From: Pseudomonadota bacterium
GTDB lineage: Bacteria > Pseudomonadota > Alphaproteobacteria > Micavibrionales > UBA2020
NCBI GenBank assembly: GCA_021849295.1
Contig: JAJZTA010000014.1
Location: 13,551 to 77,550 of the forward strand
DNA length: 64,000 nucleotides
Direction: 5' to 3'
The notes under the pieces are model-generated. The model was given only the letters and a program-made list of their open reading frames with translations, searched no databases and was not told the DNA's origin. Shown here piece by piece: positions 17,681-31,787 of this stretch. The translations under genes and the position numbers were made by a program. Each line of letters starts with the position of its first letter. The first letter of the stretch is position 1.

Positions 17681-18703
17681 TTATGCGGCCTTCGGCGTTT
17701 CGGCGTTTCGGCTTTCGCGTCGGGCGCGGTTTGCTGCCGGGGGGGCCGGGATCGGGTATTTGGAAACCTTGTTGAAGGCCTTCGTCATGATGCCGGCGCG
17801 GATGCCGTAGGACGGGTGGTTCATCATCCTTTCCATGAGGAAGTTCGGCTTCTTCTCCGCCGTCGGGTCGATCGACGCCAGCGCGGATTTGCCGCTTTCA
17901 AGGTCACGGGTAATATAGAGTGCGTTGCGGTCCGCGCGGTTTTCAACCGTGCGCATCCCGAAATTGTTGATCACGCGGGCGCCGAGATAGCTGCCGAACA
18001 GGATGCCAATGCCCGTCAGCGCGCCACCGATGCCGCCCGCCGCCATGATGGGGAGCGATGCGCCGACTGCCGCAGCGCCGAGGCCGGCAAGCCCCGCCCA
18101 GAACAAAACGCGGGTCGCTTTCTTGATGACGCCTTCCATCCGCAGGCTGGGCGAACGGTTGTCTTTGGCGTGCAGGTGCATCATTTCATGCGCGGCAATA
18201 AAGCGCAGTTCCTTTTCCGACAGGCCGTTGTTGAGGGCCTCTTTGGTCGTGATGATCGTGTTCGCGCCGGTCAGCGCGGCAAATATGCCGGGCATCGCCT
18301 GATCGCGTATCGCATCTATCTTGAACAGCCAGCGCATGCCGAACGGCAAGGCGATTTTCACCACGGTTTTGTCGTCGACGGTGTAAATTTTCGGCGGTTC
18401 CTTGCGGCCAAGCTGTTTGCTGATCTGGGCGGTGATCCTGGAGGCAAGCGCGTCTTCCGGAACGGGTTGCCAGTTGCCTTTTTTGACCTGCCCTTTGATG
18501 ACCCAGTTTCTGAACGCCGGCACCGCCAGCAAAGTTGACGCCAATTGCGTGTAGGCCACGACGCCGCCCGCCACACCGAGCGCGACGGGGTTGAAGGCGA
18601 GGCTCAGGCCCCCGCCCAAAACGGCCAGACTGGCCAGAGCGGTCGGGGTGGTCACGAGACGGTCTTTCAGGGGGATTAATTTGTATTTCTTTGCTTTTGC
18701 CAT
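17681..18703 (-). CDS. M48 (HtpX-like) zinc metallopeptidase, membrane-bound
   Basis: ELRFIAAHEMMHL (HExxH), ENRADRNA, NHPSYGIR; hydrophobic segments. Confidence 0.85.
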   Translation of the reverse strand: MAKAKKYKLIPLKDRLVTTPTALASLAVLGGGLSLAFNPVALGVAGGVVAYTQLASTLLAVPAFRNWVIKGQVKKGNWQPVPEDALASRITAQISKQLGRKEPPKIYTVDDKTVVKIALPFGMRWLFKIDAIRDQAMPGIFAALTGANTIITTKEALNNGLSEKELRFIAAHEMMHLHAKDNRSPSLRMEGVIKKATRVLFWAGLAGLGAAAVGASLPIMAAGGIGGALTGIGILFGSYLGARVINNFGMRTVENRADRNALYITRDLESGKSALASIDPTAEKKPNFLMERMMNHPSYGIRAGIMTKAFNKVSKYPIPAPPAANRARRESRNAETPKAA

Positions 18704-18817
18704 GACAGAACATCTTATTACTTTATGTTAAATAAATTTGATTGCTAATTATGTATATACTAGGCCCAAAGGCCGTCAAACACAATTGCGTAAATCATGG
18801 CTATATAAAGTAAAGCG

Positions 18818-21469
<2,652 letters not shown>

Positions 21470-21594
21470 CGTTTTGTCCTTGTGGGTCTTCGTCCTCGGG
21501 TTATCTTTCAGAGTATTATTTGTAATAAAAATACCCCTGTTTTGAAACGGCTTTTATTGCCATTTCAAGGCATTTTTAATGATATGAAAAACAT

Positions 21595-22932
21595 TTACTT
21601 GTTCAGCGGCGACCATGCCGGATCGGACGCGTCCGTCGTCGACTTGATCATGTGCTCGTTGAAGCCGGTCAGGTCGATCGTGTAAAGACGCGACGAACGC
21701 CCGTTGCCGTGCGGCCCCGTCGGCACGACCTTGAAGAAGCAGAGCACGCGCCCGTTCGGCGACCAGGTGGGCGCCTCGACGTCGAAGCCGTGGGTGATGA
21801 GCCGCTCCCCCGTGCCGTCGGGGTGGATGACGCCGATGTAGAACTCGTTTTTATAGATGCGCGTGAAGGCGATCAGGTCTCCGCGCGGCGACCAGACCGG
21901 CGACGCGTAGCGCCCCGAGCCGAAGGTGATGCGGTGCGTGCCCGAACCGTCGGCGTTCATGACGTAGATCTGCTGCGAGCCGCTGCGGTCGGATTCGAAA
22001 GCGACGTATTTTCCATCCGGCGAATAGGTCGGGCTGGTGTTGATGGAATCGGTATGCGTCAGGCGGACGACGGCGTGGCTGTCGATGTCCATCGTGTAAA
22101 TGTCGCTGTTGCCGTCGTTGTCGGAGAGACTCATGATGACCTTGCTGCCGTCGGGCGAGAAGCGCGGCGCGAACGTCATGTTCGGAAAGTCGCCCAGCAC
22201 CCGCTGTTCGCCCGTGCTGATGTTGTAAAGATAAACGCGCGGCTTGTGATTGTAATAGGCCATGTAAGTGATCTGCTGCTGCGTCGGCGAGAAGCGCGGC
22301 GTCAGCACGATCGCGCTTCCGTCGGTGAGATAATGGACGTTGGCACCGTCCTGATCCATGATGGCGAGACGCCGCGTGCGGTCGCCGTAAGGCCCCGTCT
22401 CCGCGATATAGACGATGCGGCTGTCGAAATAGCCTTTCTCGCCGGTGATGCGCTCGTAAATGGAGTCGGCGATGATATGCCCGATCCGCCGCCAGTTGGT
22501 CGGCGTCGTCATGTAGGCCATGCCGACGAGCTGCTGCTCGGACTCGACGTCCCACAGGCGGAACTCGACGCGCGTGCGGTCGCCGCCCGTCGTGCTGACC
22601 GTGCCGGTGACGAGCGCCTGCGCGCCCACTGTGCCCCAGGACTTGAAGTCGGGGTTGGTCGCGGCGTCGCTCGCCTGCTGGATGAAGGATTTCGGGTCGA
22701 GCGTCTTGAACAGGCCGGAGCCGTTAAGATCGCCCGAGATGACGGTCACCAGATCATGCCCGAGGGTCGGATCGCTGCTCACGCTGCCCGCAAAATCCGG
22801 TATCGCGATCGGCAGCGGGTTGACCGTGCCCCTGTTGACGTTGAGATGAAGGTCGGCGCGCGCCGGCGCGATGCCCGCCCCTACAAAAACGAAAACGGCG
22901 AAAACGGCCAGCAGGCCACTGCGGAGTTTCAT
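21595..22932 (-). CDS. tolB: Tol-Pal system beta-propeller protein TolB
   Basis: PLPIAIPDF, IADSIYERITGEKGYFDSRI, PD40 repeats (PRFSPDG, PTWSPNG). Confidence 0.97.
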   Translation of the reverse strand: MKLRSGLLAVFAVFVFVGAGIAPARADLHLNVNRGTVNPLPIAIPDFAGSVSSDPTLGHDLVTVISGDLNGSGLFKTLDPKSFIQQASDAATNPDFKSWGTVGAQALVTGTVSTTGGDRTRVEFRLWDVESEQQLVGMAYMTTPTNWRRIGHIIADSIYERITGEKGYFDSRIVYIAETGPYGDRTRRLAIMDQDGANVHYLTDGSAIVLTPRFSPTQQQITYMAYYNHKPRVYLYNISTGEQRVLGDFPNMTFAPRFSPDGSKVIMSLSDNDGNSDIYTMDIDSHAVVRLTHTDSINTSPTYSPDGKYVAFESDRSGSQQIYVMNADGSGTHRITFGSGRYASPVWSPRGDLIAFTRIYKNEFYIGVIHPDGTGERLITHGFDVEAPTWSPNGRVLCFFKVVPTGPHGNGRSSRLYTIDLTGFNEHMIKSTTDASDPAWSPLNK

Positions 22933-23723
22933 TGAAACATATCCTTCGGGTTGAAAGTCACTGTCGTGTTGTTCCAGATATTATACTTATCAGGCGGAAG
23001 GTCAAATGGCGAGCATTTTGGGTTGCGCACCGCCCTGAGCGCGCTGTCCGCCACCGCGCGGAAAACCGGATCGGAATTGTAGCGCGCCTCGTCGACGATG
23101 CGCGCCGATTGCAGCGTACGGTCGCGGTTTATAACCATAAAGATGCTGACCGACATATCCTCTACGTCCTTTGCGCCAATCGGCACGTTCCAGCAGCTTT
23201 CCAGCTGCGTGCGCAGCGCGTCCTCCTCGCTCATCGTCATGCGCTCGCCCAGAGGGGCCTCCTGCCCCGTCTTCTCCACCGGTTTCGGCGTGCTGTCCTC
23301 GAGATTGCGCAGCACGGCGGCGAAATCCTGCGGCTGTTCCTTTTTGACGACCTTCTCTTTCTTTCTTTTCTTTTTGATTTTCTCCGGCAGCTTGTTTTTA
23401 TCCAGCACCACGGTCTTTTCCGGCGGGCGGTCTTGCGGCAGCGGCGGCGCGACGTCGGGCTGCACCGCTCTGGCGGACATGTTGGTCGGCGCGGGCGTCT
23501 TGTGCTTTGGCGGCGGCTTGTCGTTCTTCCGCACGGACGGATGGCGGGAGAATTCCTTCGTCCGCGTCGTTTTGGAGATGGTGACCAGATCGACCGTGAT
23601 CGGCGGCGGCATGTCCGGCACGACGGCGGGCAGAAACGGCAGGCCCATGATCACGATGGCGAAAATCACCACGTGAAAAGCCATGGATGCGTATACCGAT
23701 GTGCGCCGCATGTGCGTCACCAC
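22929..23723 (-). CDS. tolA: TolA-like energy transducer
   Basis: N-terminal TM with SxxxH, Pro/Lys-rich linker, CWNVP ... ALRAV ... PFDLPPDKY; between tolR and tolB. Confidence 0.85.
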   Translation of the reverse strand: MVTHMRRTSVYASMAFHVVIFAIVIMGLPFLPAVVPDMPPPITVDLVTISKTTRTKEFSRHPSVRKNDKPPPKHKTPAPTNMSARAVQPDVAPPLPQDRPPEKTVVLDKNKLPEKIKKKRKKEKVVKKEQPQDFAAVLRNLEDSTPKPVEKTGQEAPLGERMTMSEEDALRTQLESCWNVPIGAKDVEDMSVSIFMVINRDRTLQSARIVDEARYNSDPVFRAVADSALRAVRNPKCSPFDLPPDKYNIWNNTTVTFNPKDMFQ

Positions 23724-23729
23724 CCCATG

Positions 23730-24172
<443 letters not shown>

Positions 24173-24173
<1 letters not shown>

Positions 24174-24925
24174 CAGCGTTTCCCTTGCTGCTCGAGGTGG
24201 CGGCTCAAAATAGAGCCGAATTCGGCGGAGAAGGCCTCCAGCCTGTCGCCGTAACGGCCAAGATCGGTGGAAAACTTGTTGTAGGCCACGACAGCCGGAA
24301 TGGCGGCGACGAGGCCGAGCGCGGTCGCGAACAGCGCCTCGGCGATGCCGGGCGCGACGACGGCAAGGCTGGTGTTGCGCTCGCCCGCGATGGCGGAAAA
24401 GCTGTTCATGATGCCCCACACCGTGCCAAACAGGCCGATGAACGGCGCGGTCGAGCCGACGGTGCCGAGGAAGGTCATGTATTTTTCCAGCAGGTTGACC
24501 TCGCGGCTGATCGTGGTCGCCATCGCACGGTCGATGCGCTGCTGCAGGCCGGCGCGCAGGTCGCCCGCGGCAAGGTTCGGGCCGCCGCTTTCCACCGTCA
24601 GGTTCCACTCGTTCATGCCCGCGCAGAAGGTGCGCGCCATCGGGTCGCCCGGCTTGGCCTGAATGCGCTTGTAGAGTTTCTCCAGCGCCTCGCCCGACCA
24701 GAAGGAGTTCTCGAACTTGTTGGCCTTGGAATTCAGGCTCTTGAACGTCGCCCATTTGTCGAAGATGATCGCCCAGCTCCAGATCGACGCCGAAACGAGG
24801 ATCAGCAGAATGCACTTCACGATCAGGTCGGCCTGCAAAAACAGCCCCCAGACCGAAAGGTCATGCGCCGCGTGCGACCCCGCAAGCACCACGGAACTCG
24901 TGCCCGCAACCGGTAATGCCACCAT
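24173..24925 (-). CDS. tolQ: Protein TolQ
   Basis: [51 protein letters not shown]. Confidence 0.97.
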
Positions 24926-24937
24926 CGTTTTTTCTCC

Positions 24938-25357
24938 CTAAGATTTTGAACGGTATATCTTTTTGATCTCCGCAGGTAATCTGGCAGCTTTGAAACTGCT
25001 GTCAACACAAACGAGCGTAACTTTGATTTCTGTCAACAACCTGTCAGCGCAAAAAATATCCTGCTTGATTTCCATACTCGCGCCGCCGACCCGCGTAATC
25101 TCCGACCGGACGGTCAGCTCGTCGTCGAGCTTGGCGGGCGCCTTGTATTGCAAGTTCGCCGAAACGACGGCGAATGCCTTTCCGCCCTCTTTGAGCAACG
25201 GCGCGTGTTCGTAGCCCGCCGCGCGGAGCATTTCGGTGCGTCCGCGCTCGGCGAAGGCAAGATAGCGCGCATGGTAGACCACGCCGCCGGCGTCGGTGTC
25301 TTCGTAATACACGCGGATTTTCAGTTCATGGGAAGCCACGGCGTTATAGTTCCTCAC
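24938..25357 (-). CDS. ybgC: Tol-pal associated acyl-CoA thioesterase
   Basis: [28 protein letters not shown]; start uncertain. Confidence 0.93.
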   Translation of the reverse strand: MRNYNAVASHELKIRVYYEDTDAGGVVYHARYLAFAERGRTEMLRAAGYEHAPLLKEGGKAFAVVSANLQYKAPAKLDDELTVRSEITRVGGASMEIKQDIFCADRLLTEIKVTLVCVDSSFKAARLPAEIKKIYRSKS

Positions 25358-26414
25358 CCGCTGGCAGGTCGATCATCAGCGCCATCTGGCGGTCTTTGGC
25401 GTTGGCGGGCGGCGGCAGGCCGAGGTATTTGTAGCCGTTGTCGGAAATCATGCGCCCGCGCGGCGTGCGGATGATCAGCCCGCACTGGATCAGGTACGGC
25501 TCGACCGTTTCCTCCAGCACGTCGCGCTGTTCGGAAAGCGCGGCGGAAATCGTCTCGATGCCCGCGGGCCCGCCCGCGTAATTGTCCGCGATGCACTGCA
25601 TGTAGCGGCGGTCCATGGAATCCAGCCCCTGCTTGTCGACTTCGAGCTTAAGAAGCGCGGCGTCGGCGATTTTGGCGTCGACCTTCTTCACTTTATCGAC
25701 AGCGGCGAAATCCCGCACGCGCCTTGTCAGCCTGCCCGCGATGCGCGGCGTGCCGCGGGAACGGCGCGCGATCTCGAACGCGCCCTCCGGCGTGATGTCC
25801 ATGCCGATGATGTTGGATCCGCGCAGGACGATCTCCGCCAGTTCGTCGGCGGCATAAAATTCCAGCCGCAGCGGAATGCCGAAGCGCTCGCGCAACGGGC
25901 GCGTGATCAGGCCGGAGCGCGTCGTCGCGCCGACCAGCGTGAAGGGCGGCAGGTCGATGCGCACCGAGCGCGCCGCGGGCCCCTCGCCGATGATGAGGTC
26001 AAGCTGGCGGTCTTCCATGGCGGGATAGAGAATTTCCTCGACCGCCGTATTGAGACGGTGGATTTCGTCGATGAACAAAACGTCGTGCGGCTGCAGGTTG
26101 GTGAGAATGGCGGCGAGATCGCCCGCCTTGGAAATCACCGGCCCCGAGGTGGCGCGAAAGCCGACTTTCATCTCGCGGCTGATGATCTGCGCCAGCGTCG
26201 TTTTGCCCAGCCCCGGCGGGCCGAAGAGCAGGACGTGGTCGAGCGGCTCGTTGCGCGCGCGCGCCGCCTCTATAAACACCTTGAGATTTTCGCGCGATTT
26301 TTTCTGGCCGATGAACTCGTCGATCGACAGCGGACGGATGGACAACTCGTCGCTATCCTTTTCCGGCTGGTAGGCGGGCGCGATTTCGCGCTGGGCTTGC
26401 ACCTCGGAGGTCAT
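25344..26414 (-). CDS. ruvB: Holliday junction branch migration helicase RuvB
   Basis: [36 protein letters not shown]. Confidence 0.98.
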   Translation of the reverse strand: MTSEVQAQREIAPAYQPEKDSDELSIRPLSIDEFIGQKKSRENLKVFIEAARARNEPLDHVLLFGPPGLGKTTLAQIISREMKVGFRATSGPVISKAGDLAAILTNLQPHDVLFIDEIHRLNTAVEEILYPAMEDRQLDLIIGEGPAARSVRIDLPPFTLVGATTRSGLITRPLRERFGIPLRLEFYAADELAEIVLRGSNIIGMDITPEGAFEIARRSRGTPRIAGRLTRRVRDFAAVDKVKKVDAKIADAALLKLEVDKQGLDSMDRRYMQCIADNYAGGPAGIETISAALSEQRDVLEETVEPYLIQCGLIIRTPRGRMISDNGYKYLGLPPPANAKDRQMALMIDLPAGEEL

Positions 26415-27058
26415 GCGCTCAACTCCTTCAGGCTTTCACGGATCAGATCGCCGAGCGGGAGATTGTCGCCCTTCTCACGCAGCACGTCGGCGACGGCGCT
26501 GAAGGCCTCGCTGCGGCCATAGCCGAGATTGATCAGCGCGGAAACGGCGTCGTTGCTGGCGGTAATCGGCAGTTCGGCGACGGGCGCGGAGCCCTTGCCT
26601 TTTTTGCCGGTGGCGGATTGCGCCTGCTCTGTCGCCGCCTGTCCGAGCGCCATCTTGCCCGCCTTCTCTTTCAGTTCGGTAATGATGCGCACGGCAAGTT
26701 TCTCGCCAACGCCGTCCGCCATCTTGATCGCCGCCTTGTCCTGCGAGGCGATCACCACCGGCAAACGGTCGGCAGGCACGGCGGCCAGAATGGCCTGCGC
26801 CACTTTCGCGCCGACGCCCTGCACGGTGCACAGGATCAGGAACCATTCCTTTTCCGCCGCGTCGGCAAAGCCGTAGAGCGTGATCTGGTCCTCGCGCACG
26901 ATGGTCTCGATCAGCAAACTGACGGGCGTGCCTTTCTTGGAGCCGATCTTGGCCAGCGTGCGGCTCGACGCATAAACCAGATAGCCGACGCCGTTCACGT
27001 CGATAATGACGTAGTTCGTGCCGACGCTGTCGATCAAACCGGAAAGTTTCGCGATCAC
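26411..27058 (-). CDS. ruvA: Holliday junction branch migration protein RuvA
   Basis: GTG start 27058; [48 protein letters not shown]. Confidence 0.96.
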   Translation of the reverse strand: MIAKLSGLIDSVGTNYVIIDVNGVGYLVYASSRTLAKIGSKKGTPVSLLIETIVREDQITLYGFADAAEKEWFLILCTVQGVGAKVAQAILAAVPADRLPVVIASQDKAAIKMADGVGEKLAVRIITELKEKAGKMALGQAATEQAQSATGKKGKGSAPVAELPITASNDAVSALINLGYGRSEAFSAVADVLREKGDNLPLGDLIRESLKELSA

Positions 27059-27561
27059 CTGACGCCCCCGCTCATGATCCCGCCCATCTTCACGCGGCTG
27101 GACGAGTGGTTGGCGTGGCAGATGGCGACGGCGAGCGCGTCCGCCGCGTCGGGCGATGCCTCGACGCCAGGGAGCAGCGTGCGGATCATCATCTGCACCT
27201 GTTCCTTTTCCGCGTGACCCGCGCCGACGACGGATTTCTTCACCAGATTGGCGGGATATTCCGACACCGGAATGCCGAACTTCGCGGGCGCGAGCAGCGC
27301 GATGCCGCGCGCCAGACCCAACTTCAACGAAGATGCGGGATTTTTGTTCACGAACACTTCCTCGACCGCTGCTTCTTCCGGCAGCCAGATTTTCATTTGC
27401 TGCATCAGGCCGTCGAAGATCTCCGCCAGACGGCGCGCCGACGGCGATTTCGCCCCAGTCGCCACCACGCCATGCGAGATATGCGAGATTCTGTTGCCCT
27501 GCACGTCGATCAGCCCCCAGCCCGTGCGCTGCAGTCCCGGATCGATACCAATAATTCTCAT
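27055..27561 (-). CDS. ruvC: Crossover junction endodeoxyribonuclease RuvC
   Basis: MRIIGIDPG, AVEEVF, LKLGLARG, VKKSVVG, DAADALAVAICH. Confidence 0.97.
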   Translation of the reverse strand: MRIIGIDPGLQRTGWGLIDVQGNRISHISHGVVATGAKSPSARRLAEIFDGLMQQMKIWLPEEAAVEEVFVNKNPASSLKLGLARGIALLAPAKFGIPVSEYPANLVKKSVVGAGHAEKEQVQMMIRTLLPGVEASPDAADALAVAICHANHSSSRVKMGGIMSGGVR

Positions 27562-27659
27562 AATCCACACCCCAAGATGAACGAGCGACGCATTTGAGTA
27601 TAAACCGTGAACAGACGGGAATGCACGCGAATATTTATAGCTCGCCCGCATCTCTCCAC

Positions 27660-28130
27660 TTAGGCCTCCAGCTTCGCGACCTTGCGGATATAAACGACAA
27701 AATCGGGATCTTCACCGGGCAGCAACTCGGGCAAAAAGGCGCGGAAATCCGGCCGCGTGCACCAGAAGAGGATGTAATCCTCCCACGTCGACCAGAGGCG
27801 CTGCGCGTCCCTGTCCATCTTCTGCTCGTAGACGAGGATAAAGGCCTGCTCGAACAGCGAAATCAAGGAGTCGAAAATGATCCTCTTGCGCTCTTTTTGC
27901 TCCAGCGTGAGTTCGCGGTCGGGAACGGGATTGGTGCGCAGACGAAGATCGGCGTTGCGGATGAGCAGATCGTTGAACTTCGCGTATTCCTCGGCGAGTT
28001 CCTGATACATCTCCTCGTTCTTGACCTTTCTCTCCCTGCTTTGCTCGTACATGAAAAGCGCGATGGCATAAGGTGCGGAAAGAGCCAGCGCGATGTTTGC
28101 CGCCACTGCCCAGAATTCCGAAACGGTCAT
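27660..28130 (-). CDS. Hypothetical protein with N-terminal TM helix
   Basis: ATGA overlap with the yebC stop; TM helix followed by a helical domain; no family assigned with confidence. Confidence 0.7.
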   Translation of the reverse strand: MTVSEFWAVAANIALALSAPYAIALFMYEQSRERKVKNEEMYQELAEEYAKFNDLLIRNADLRLRTNPVPDRELTLEQKERKRIIFDSLISLFEQAFILVYEQKMDRDAQRLWSTWEDYILFWCTRPDFRAFLPELLPGEDPDFVVYIRKVAKLEA

Positions 28131-28882
28131 GATGCCATCAACTCTGCCATAACGGAGTCGTCCACTTCGAAGTTGGCGAAGACGTTCTGCACGTCGTCGC
28201 TGTCTTCCAGCGTTTCTATCATCGCGAGCAAGCTTTTCGCCTGATCGGGCGTGACGGCGACGGTGTTGTTGGGCTTCCAGATAATGCCGGATTCCTGCGC
28301 TGCGCCGAATTTCGCCTCCAGCGCTTCCTTGACGGCGATGAAATCCGACGGCTGGGTCGTGACCTCGTGCGCGTCGCCCGAGGATTCCACGTTGTCCGCC
28401 CCCGCCTCGACGGCGGCCTCGAACATTTTATCGTCCGCCGCGACACTGGCCGGAAAGGTGATCGACCCTAGCCTAGCGAACATGAAGCTGACCGAATTCG
28501 TCTCGCCCATCGCGCCGCCGTTTTTGGAGAAAGCGACGCGAACGTCGCCCGCCGTGCGGTTGCGGTTGTCGGTCAGCGCCTCGACGATCACCGCGACGCC
28601 GCCGGGGCCGTAGCCCTCGTAGCGGATTTCCTCATAATTCGAGGCGTCGCCGCTGTTGGGGTTGCCGAGCTCGATCGCCCGTTTGATGCGGTCGTTGGGC
28701 ATATTGCATTTGCGTGCCTCGACGATGGCGTTGCGCAGGCGCGGGTTGGCGTCGGGATCGGGCTGCCCCGTCTTCGCCGCCACTGTAATTTCGCGCGCCA
28801 GCTTATTGAAAACCTTGGCTTTCTTTTTATCCTGTGCACCTTTGCGGTGCATGATGTTCTTGAACTGGGAATGACCGGCCAT
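28127..28882 (-). CDS. yebC: YebC/PmpR family protein
   Basis: [45 protein letters not shown]. Confidence 0.97.
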   Translation of the reverse strand: MAGHSQFKNIMHRKGAQDKKKAKVFNKLAREITVAAKTGQPDPDANPRLRNAIVEARKCNMPNDRIKRAIELGNPNSGDASNYEEIRYEGYGPGGVAVIVEALTDNRNRTAGDVRVAFSKNGGAMGETNSVSFMFARLGSITFPASVAADDKMFEAAVEAGADNVESSGDAHEVTTQPSDFIAVKEALEAKFGAAQESGIIWKPNNTVAVTPDQAKSLLAMIETLEDSDDVQNVFANFEVDDSVMAELMAS

Positions 28883-28981
28883 GCCGCGACGCCTCTTTTA
28901 TTGATTGGAGTGGCTTGTTTTTAGCATAAGCCACGCTTTTGAGAAAGGATGTTTCTCTTTTGTACCGTATCGCTATTATGA

Positions 28982-30175
28982 CTATTTTGTTAAGTCTTTC
29001 AGCCCCGCGCCAAGCTCCGCCCGCTCCTTCTTCGTCATGTGCGTGGCGTTGCCGAGCGGCATGGTGTCGTGGTCGACCGCCTGCGCCTCGATCAGCGGCG
29101 CGTATTTTTTGATTTCCGGCATGGTGTCGAATTCGATGCCTTTCGGCGCGGTGGTGAAGCCCGCTTCGGTCGGCATGTCGCTGTGGCAGGCGCTGCAGCG
29201 TTCGCGGACGATCAGCCGCACTTCTTCGGGCGAAACCTTGCCGACATGCGCGGCGACGACCGGATTGCCGTTATGCGCGGAAACGAACAGCGCGACGATG
29301 ACAATGCCCAATGCGCCCGTGACCGGATACCAATAGTTGACGTTGCCCTTGTGCTTGAGGTTGAAAAACTGCCGGATCGGCCACGCCGCCGCCGCCAGCC
29401 CCGCCAGCACCAGCCAGTTGTGCGGCACGCTGTAGAGCATCGGGTAATGGTTGCTGATCATCACCAGCAGTACGGGCAGAGTCATATAATTGTTATGCAC
29501 CGAGCGTTGCTTGGCCTCCGCGCCGAGGCGCGGGTCCGGCTCTTTGCCCGCCAGCAGCGCGGCGACGACCTTTTTCTGATTGGGAATGATGACCCTGAAG
29601 ACGTTCGCCACCATCACCGTGCCGAGCATCGCGCCGACGTGGATGAACGCGCCGCGGCCCGAGAAAATATGGCACAGCGCATAAGCCCCCGCCGTGACCG
29701 CAAAGAACCACACATACCCGAACAGCTTGTTGTTGCGGCCGATGGCGGAACGGCACAGCTCGTCATAGAAAACCCAGCCGCCGAAGATGAACGAGAGGCC
29801 GATGAACGCCGCCTGAAACGGCGTCAGCGCCATTTTCGAAGGATCAATCAGGTAAAGGTTCGCGTTGTAATAATACATCAGGCAGAGCAGAGAAAAGCCG
29901 CTGATCCACGTGAAATAGGCCTCCCACATGAACCAGTGCAGGTGCTTGGGCATGTGCGCGGGCGCGACGGCATATTTCTTGGGATTATAAAACCCGCCGC
30001 CGTGCACGGCCCAGAGCTCGCCCGTGACGCCGGCCTTTTTCTCTTCAGCAGAAGGCGCTGTCAGGCTGTTGTCCAGCCAGACGAAATAGAACGACGCGCC
30101 GATCCAAGCGATGCCCGTGATGACATGCAGCCAGCGGAGCGCGAGATTCAGCCATGCGGCGTAGTCGATGATCAT
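28982..30175 (-). CDS. puuD: Membrane urate oxidase PuuD with C-terminal cytochrome c
   Basis: RWLHVITGIAWIGASFYF, LWAVHGGGFY, HWFMWEAYFTW, RSVHNNYMTLPV, MISNHYP, CSACH. Confidence 0.92.
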   Translation of the reverse strand: MIIDYAAWLNLALRWLHVITGIAWIGASFYFVWLDNSLTAPSAEEKKAGVTGELWAVHGGGFYNPKKYAVAPAHMPKHLHWFMWEAYFTWISGFSLLCLMYYYNANLYLIDPSKMALTPFQAAFIGLSFIFGGWVFYDELCRSAIGRNNKLFGYVWFFAVTAGAYALCHIFSGRGAFIHVGAMLGTVMVANVFRVIIPNQKKVVAALLAGKEPDPRLGAEAKQRSVHNNYMTLPVLLVMISNHYPMLYSVPHNWLVLAGLAAAAWPIRQFFNLKHKGNVNYWYPVTGALGIVIVALFVSAHNGNPVVAAHVGKVSPEEVRLIVRERCSACHSDMPTEAGFTTAPKGIEFDTMPEIKKYAPLIEAQAVDHDTMPLGNATHMTKKERAELGAGLKDLTK

Positions 30176-30176
30176 G

Positions 30177-31787
30177 TCAAGCCTGCTTCGCCTTGTTCGC
30201 GGGTTCCTTCTCATAGGCCAGCACCATCTCGTAGGCCTTGGTGGTGAGGAACTCGTCGAGCTTTTCCGCCATCACCATGTCGCGGAACAGCAGCGAGGCG
30301 TCGTGCAGGTGCTTGTCGCGGCCGAGTTCGCCCGTCAGCTTCATGGTTTCCTGCTTCATCAGCTCCAGCATCAGCTCGTCGTTCAGCACGCGGCCGTCTT
30401 TCATCATGACCTTGTGATGCCGCCACTGCCAAAGCTGGGTGCGGGAGATTTCCGCCGTCGCCGCGTCTTCCATCAGGTTGTAGAGCGGCACGCAGCCGTT
30501 GCCGCCGAGCCAGGCGCGCATATAGAGGATGCCGACGTTGATGTTTTTCCGCACGCCCGCCTCGGTCACCTCGCCTTGCGGCACGGTCAGCAGGTCTTGC
30601 GCGGTGACGTTCACGTCCGTGCGCAGTTTGTCGAGCTGGTTCGCCATCGGCATGTAGCGGTCGAACATCGCGCGCGCCACGGGCACCAGACCCGGATGCG
30701 CGACCCAGGTGCCGTCGTGGCCGTCCTCGGCCTCGCGCTTCTTGTCCGCGCCGACTTTTTCCATCGCCATCCGGTTCGCGGCTTCGTCGTTCTTGATGGG
30801 GATTTGCGCCGCCATGCCGCCCATCGCAAAGGCCTTGCGCTTGTGGCAGGTTTTGATGAGCAATTGACTATAAGAGCGCAGGAAGTGCGATTGCATCGTC
30901 ACCGTGTCGCGATCCGGCAGCACGAAGGATTTATGCTGCGAGAACCGCTTGATGAAATTGAAGATATAATCCCACCGCCCGCAATTGAGGCCGACGATAT
31001 GATCGCGCAGGACGGAGAGGATTTCATCCATCTGGAAGGCGGCGGTGATCGTCTCGATCAGCACCGTCACGCGCACCGTGCCGCGCGGCAGGTTCAGCGC
31101 GTCTTCGGCGTGGCTGATGACCTCGCTCCACAATTGCACCTCGTGATAGCTCTCCATCTTCGGCAGGTAATAATAAGGCCCCGTGCCGCGCTCGCGCAGC
31201 ACCTTGGCGTTGTGGAAGAGGTACAGCCCGAAATCGAAGAACGATGCGGAGAGCGGCTCGCCTTCGAGCAGCAAATGTTTTTCCTCCATATGCAGCCCGC
31301 GCGGGCGCACCATCAGCACGGCGGTTTTGTCGTTCAGCTTGTATTCCTTGCCGTTCGACGGGTCGAAGAACGAGATGCGGCGGGTGTTGGCGTCCATCAG
31401 GTTGATCTGGCCTTTGACGAGATTCTCCCACGTCGGCGTGCTGGAATCCTCGAAATCCGCCATAAAGACGTTCGCGCCGGAATTGAGCGCGTTGATGATC
31501 ATCTTGCGGTCGACGGGGCCGGTGATTTCCACGCGGCGGTCGAGCAGGTCCTCCGGCGCGGGGCGCACCGTCCAGTCCGCGGCGCGGATGCCCGCCGTTT
31601 CGGTCGGGAAATCGAGCTTGCCGGTTGCGTCCAGCTCTTTCTGGCGCTGCGCGCGGTCTTCCATCAGCTCGCGGCGGCGGTGGCCGAAATAGTCCTCGAG
31701 GTCGAGAATGAAATCCAGCGCCTCGGGCGTGAAAACGCGCTCCTGATCGGGGATTTTCTCCGCTTCGACTTTCAATCCGTATTTCAT
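30177..31787 (-). CDS. aceB: Malate synthase A
   Basis: DRRVEITGP, FMADFEDS, VRPRG, YLPKMES, LNCGRWDY, AMGGMAAQIP, DGTWVAHP, NLMEDAATAEISR; start ATG 31787. Confidence 0.96.
   Translation of the reverse strand: MKYGLKVEAEKIPDQERVFTPEALDFILDLEDYFGHRRRELMEDRAQRQKELDATGKLDFPTETAGIRAADWTVRPAPEDLLDRRVEITGPVDRKMIINALNSGANVFMADFEDSSTPTWENLVKGQINLMDANTRRISFFDPSNGKEYKLNDKTAVLMVRPRGLHMEEKHLLLEGEPLSASFFDFGLYLFHNAKVLRERGTGPYYYLPKMESYHEVQLWSEVISHAEDALNLPRGTVRVTVLIETITAAFQMDEILSVLRDHIVGLNCGRWDYIFNFIKRFSQHKSFVLPDRDTVTMQSHFLRSYSQLLIKTCHKRKAFAMGGMAAQIPIKNDEAANRMAMEKVGADKKREAEDGHDGTWVAHPGLVPVARAMFDRYMPMANQLDKLRTDVNVTAQDLLTVPQGEVTEAGVRKNINVGILYMRAWLGGNGCVPLYNLMEDAATAEISRTQLWQWRHHKVMMKDGRVLNDELMLELMKQETMKLTGELGRDKHLHDASLLFRDMVMAEKLDEFLTTKAYEMVLAYEKEPANKAKQA

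Noticed and set aside
27598-27612. Possible LexA box upstream of ruvC (minus strand GTTC-N7-ATAC)
   Set aside because: Two mismatches to GTTC-N7-GTTC; too weak to call without a PWM
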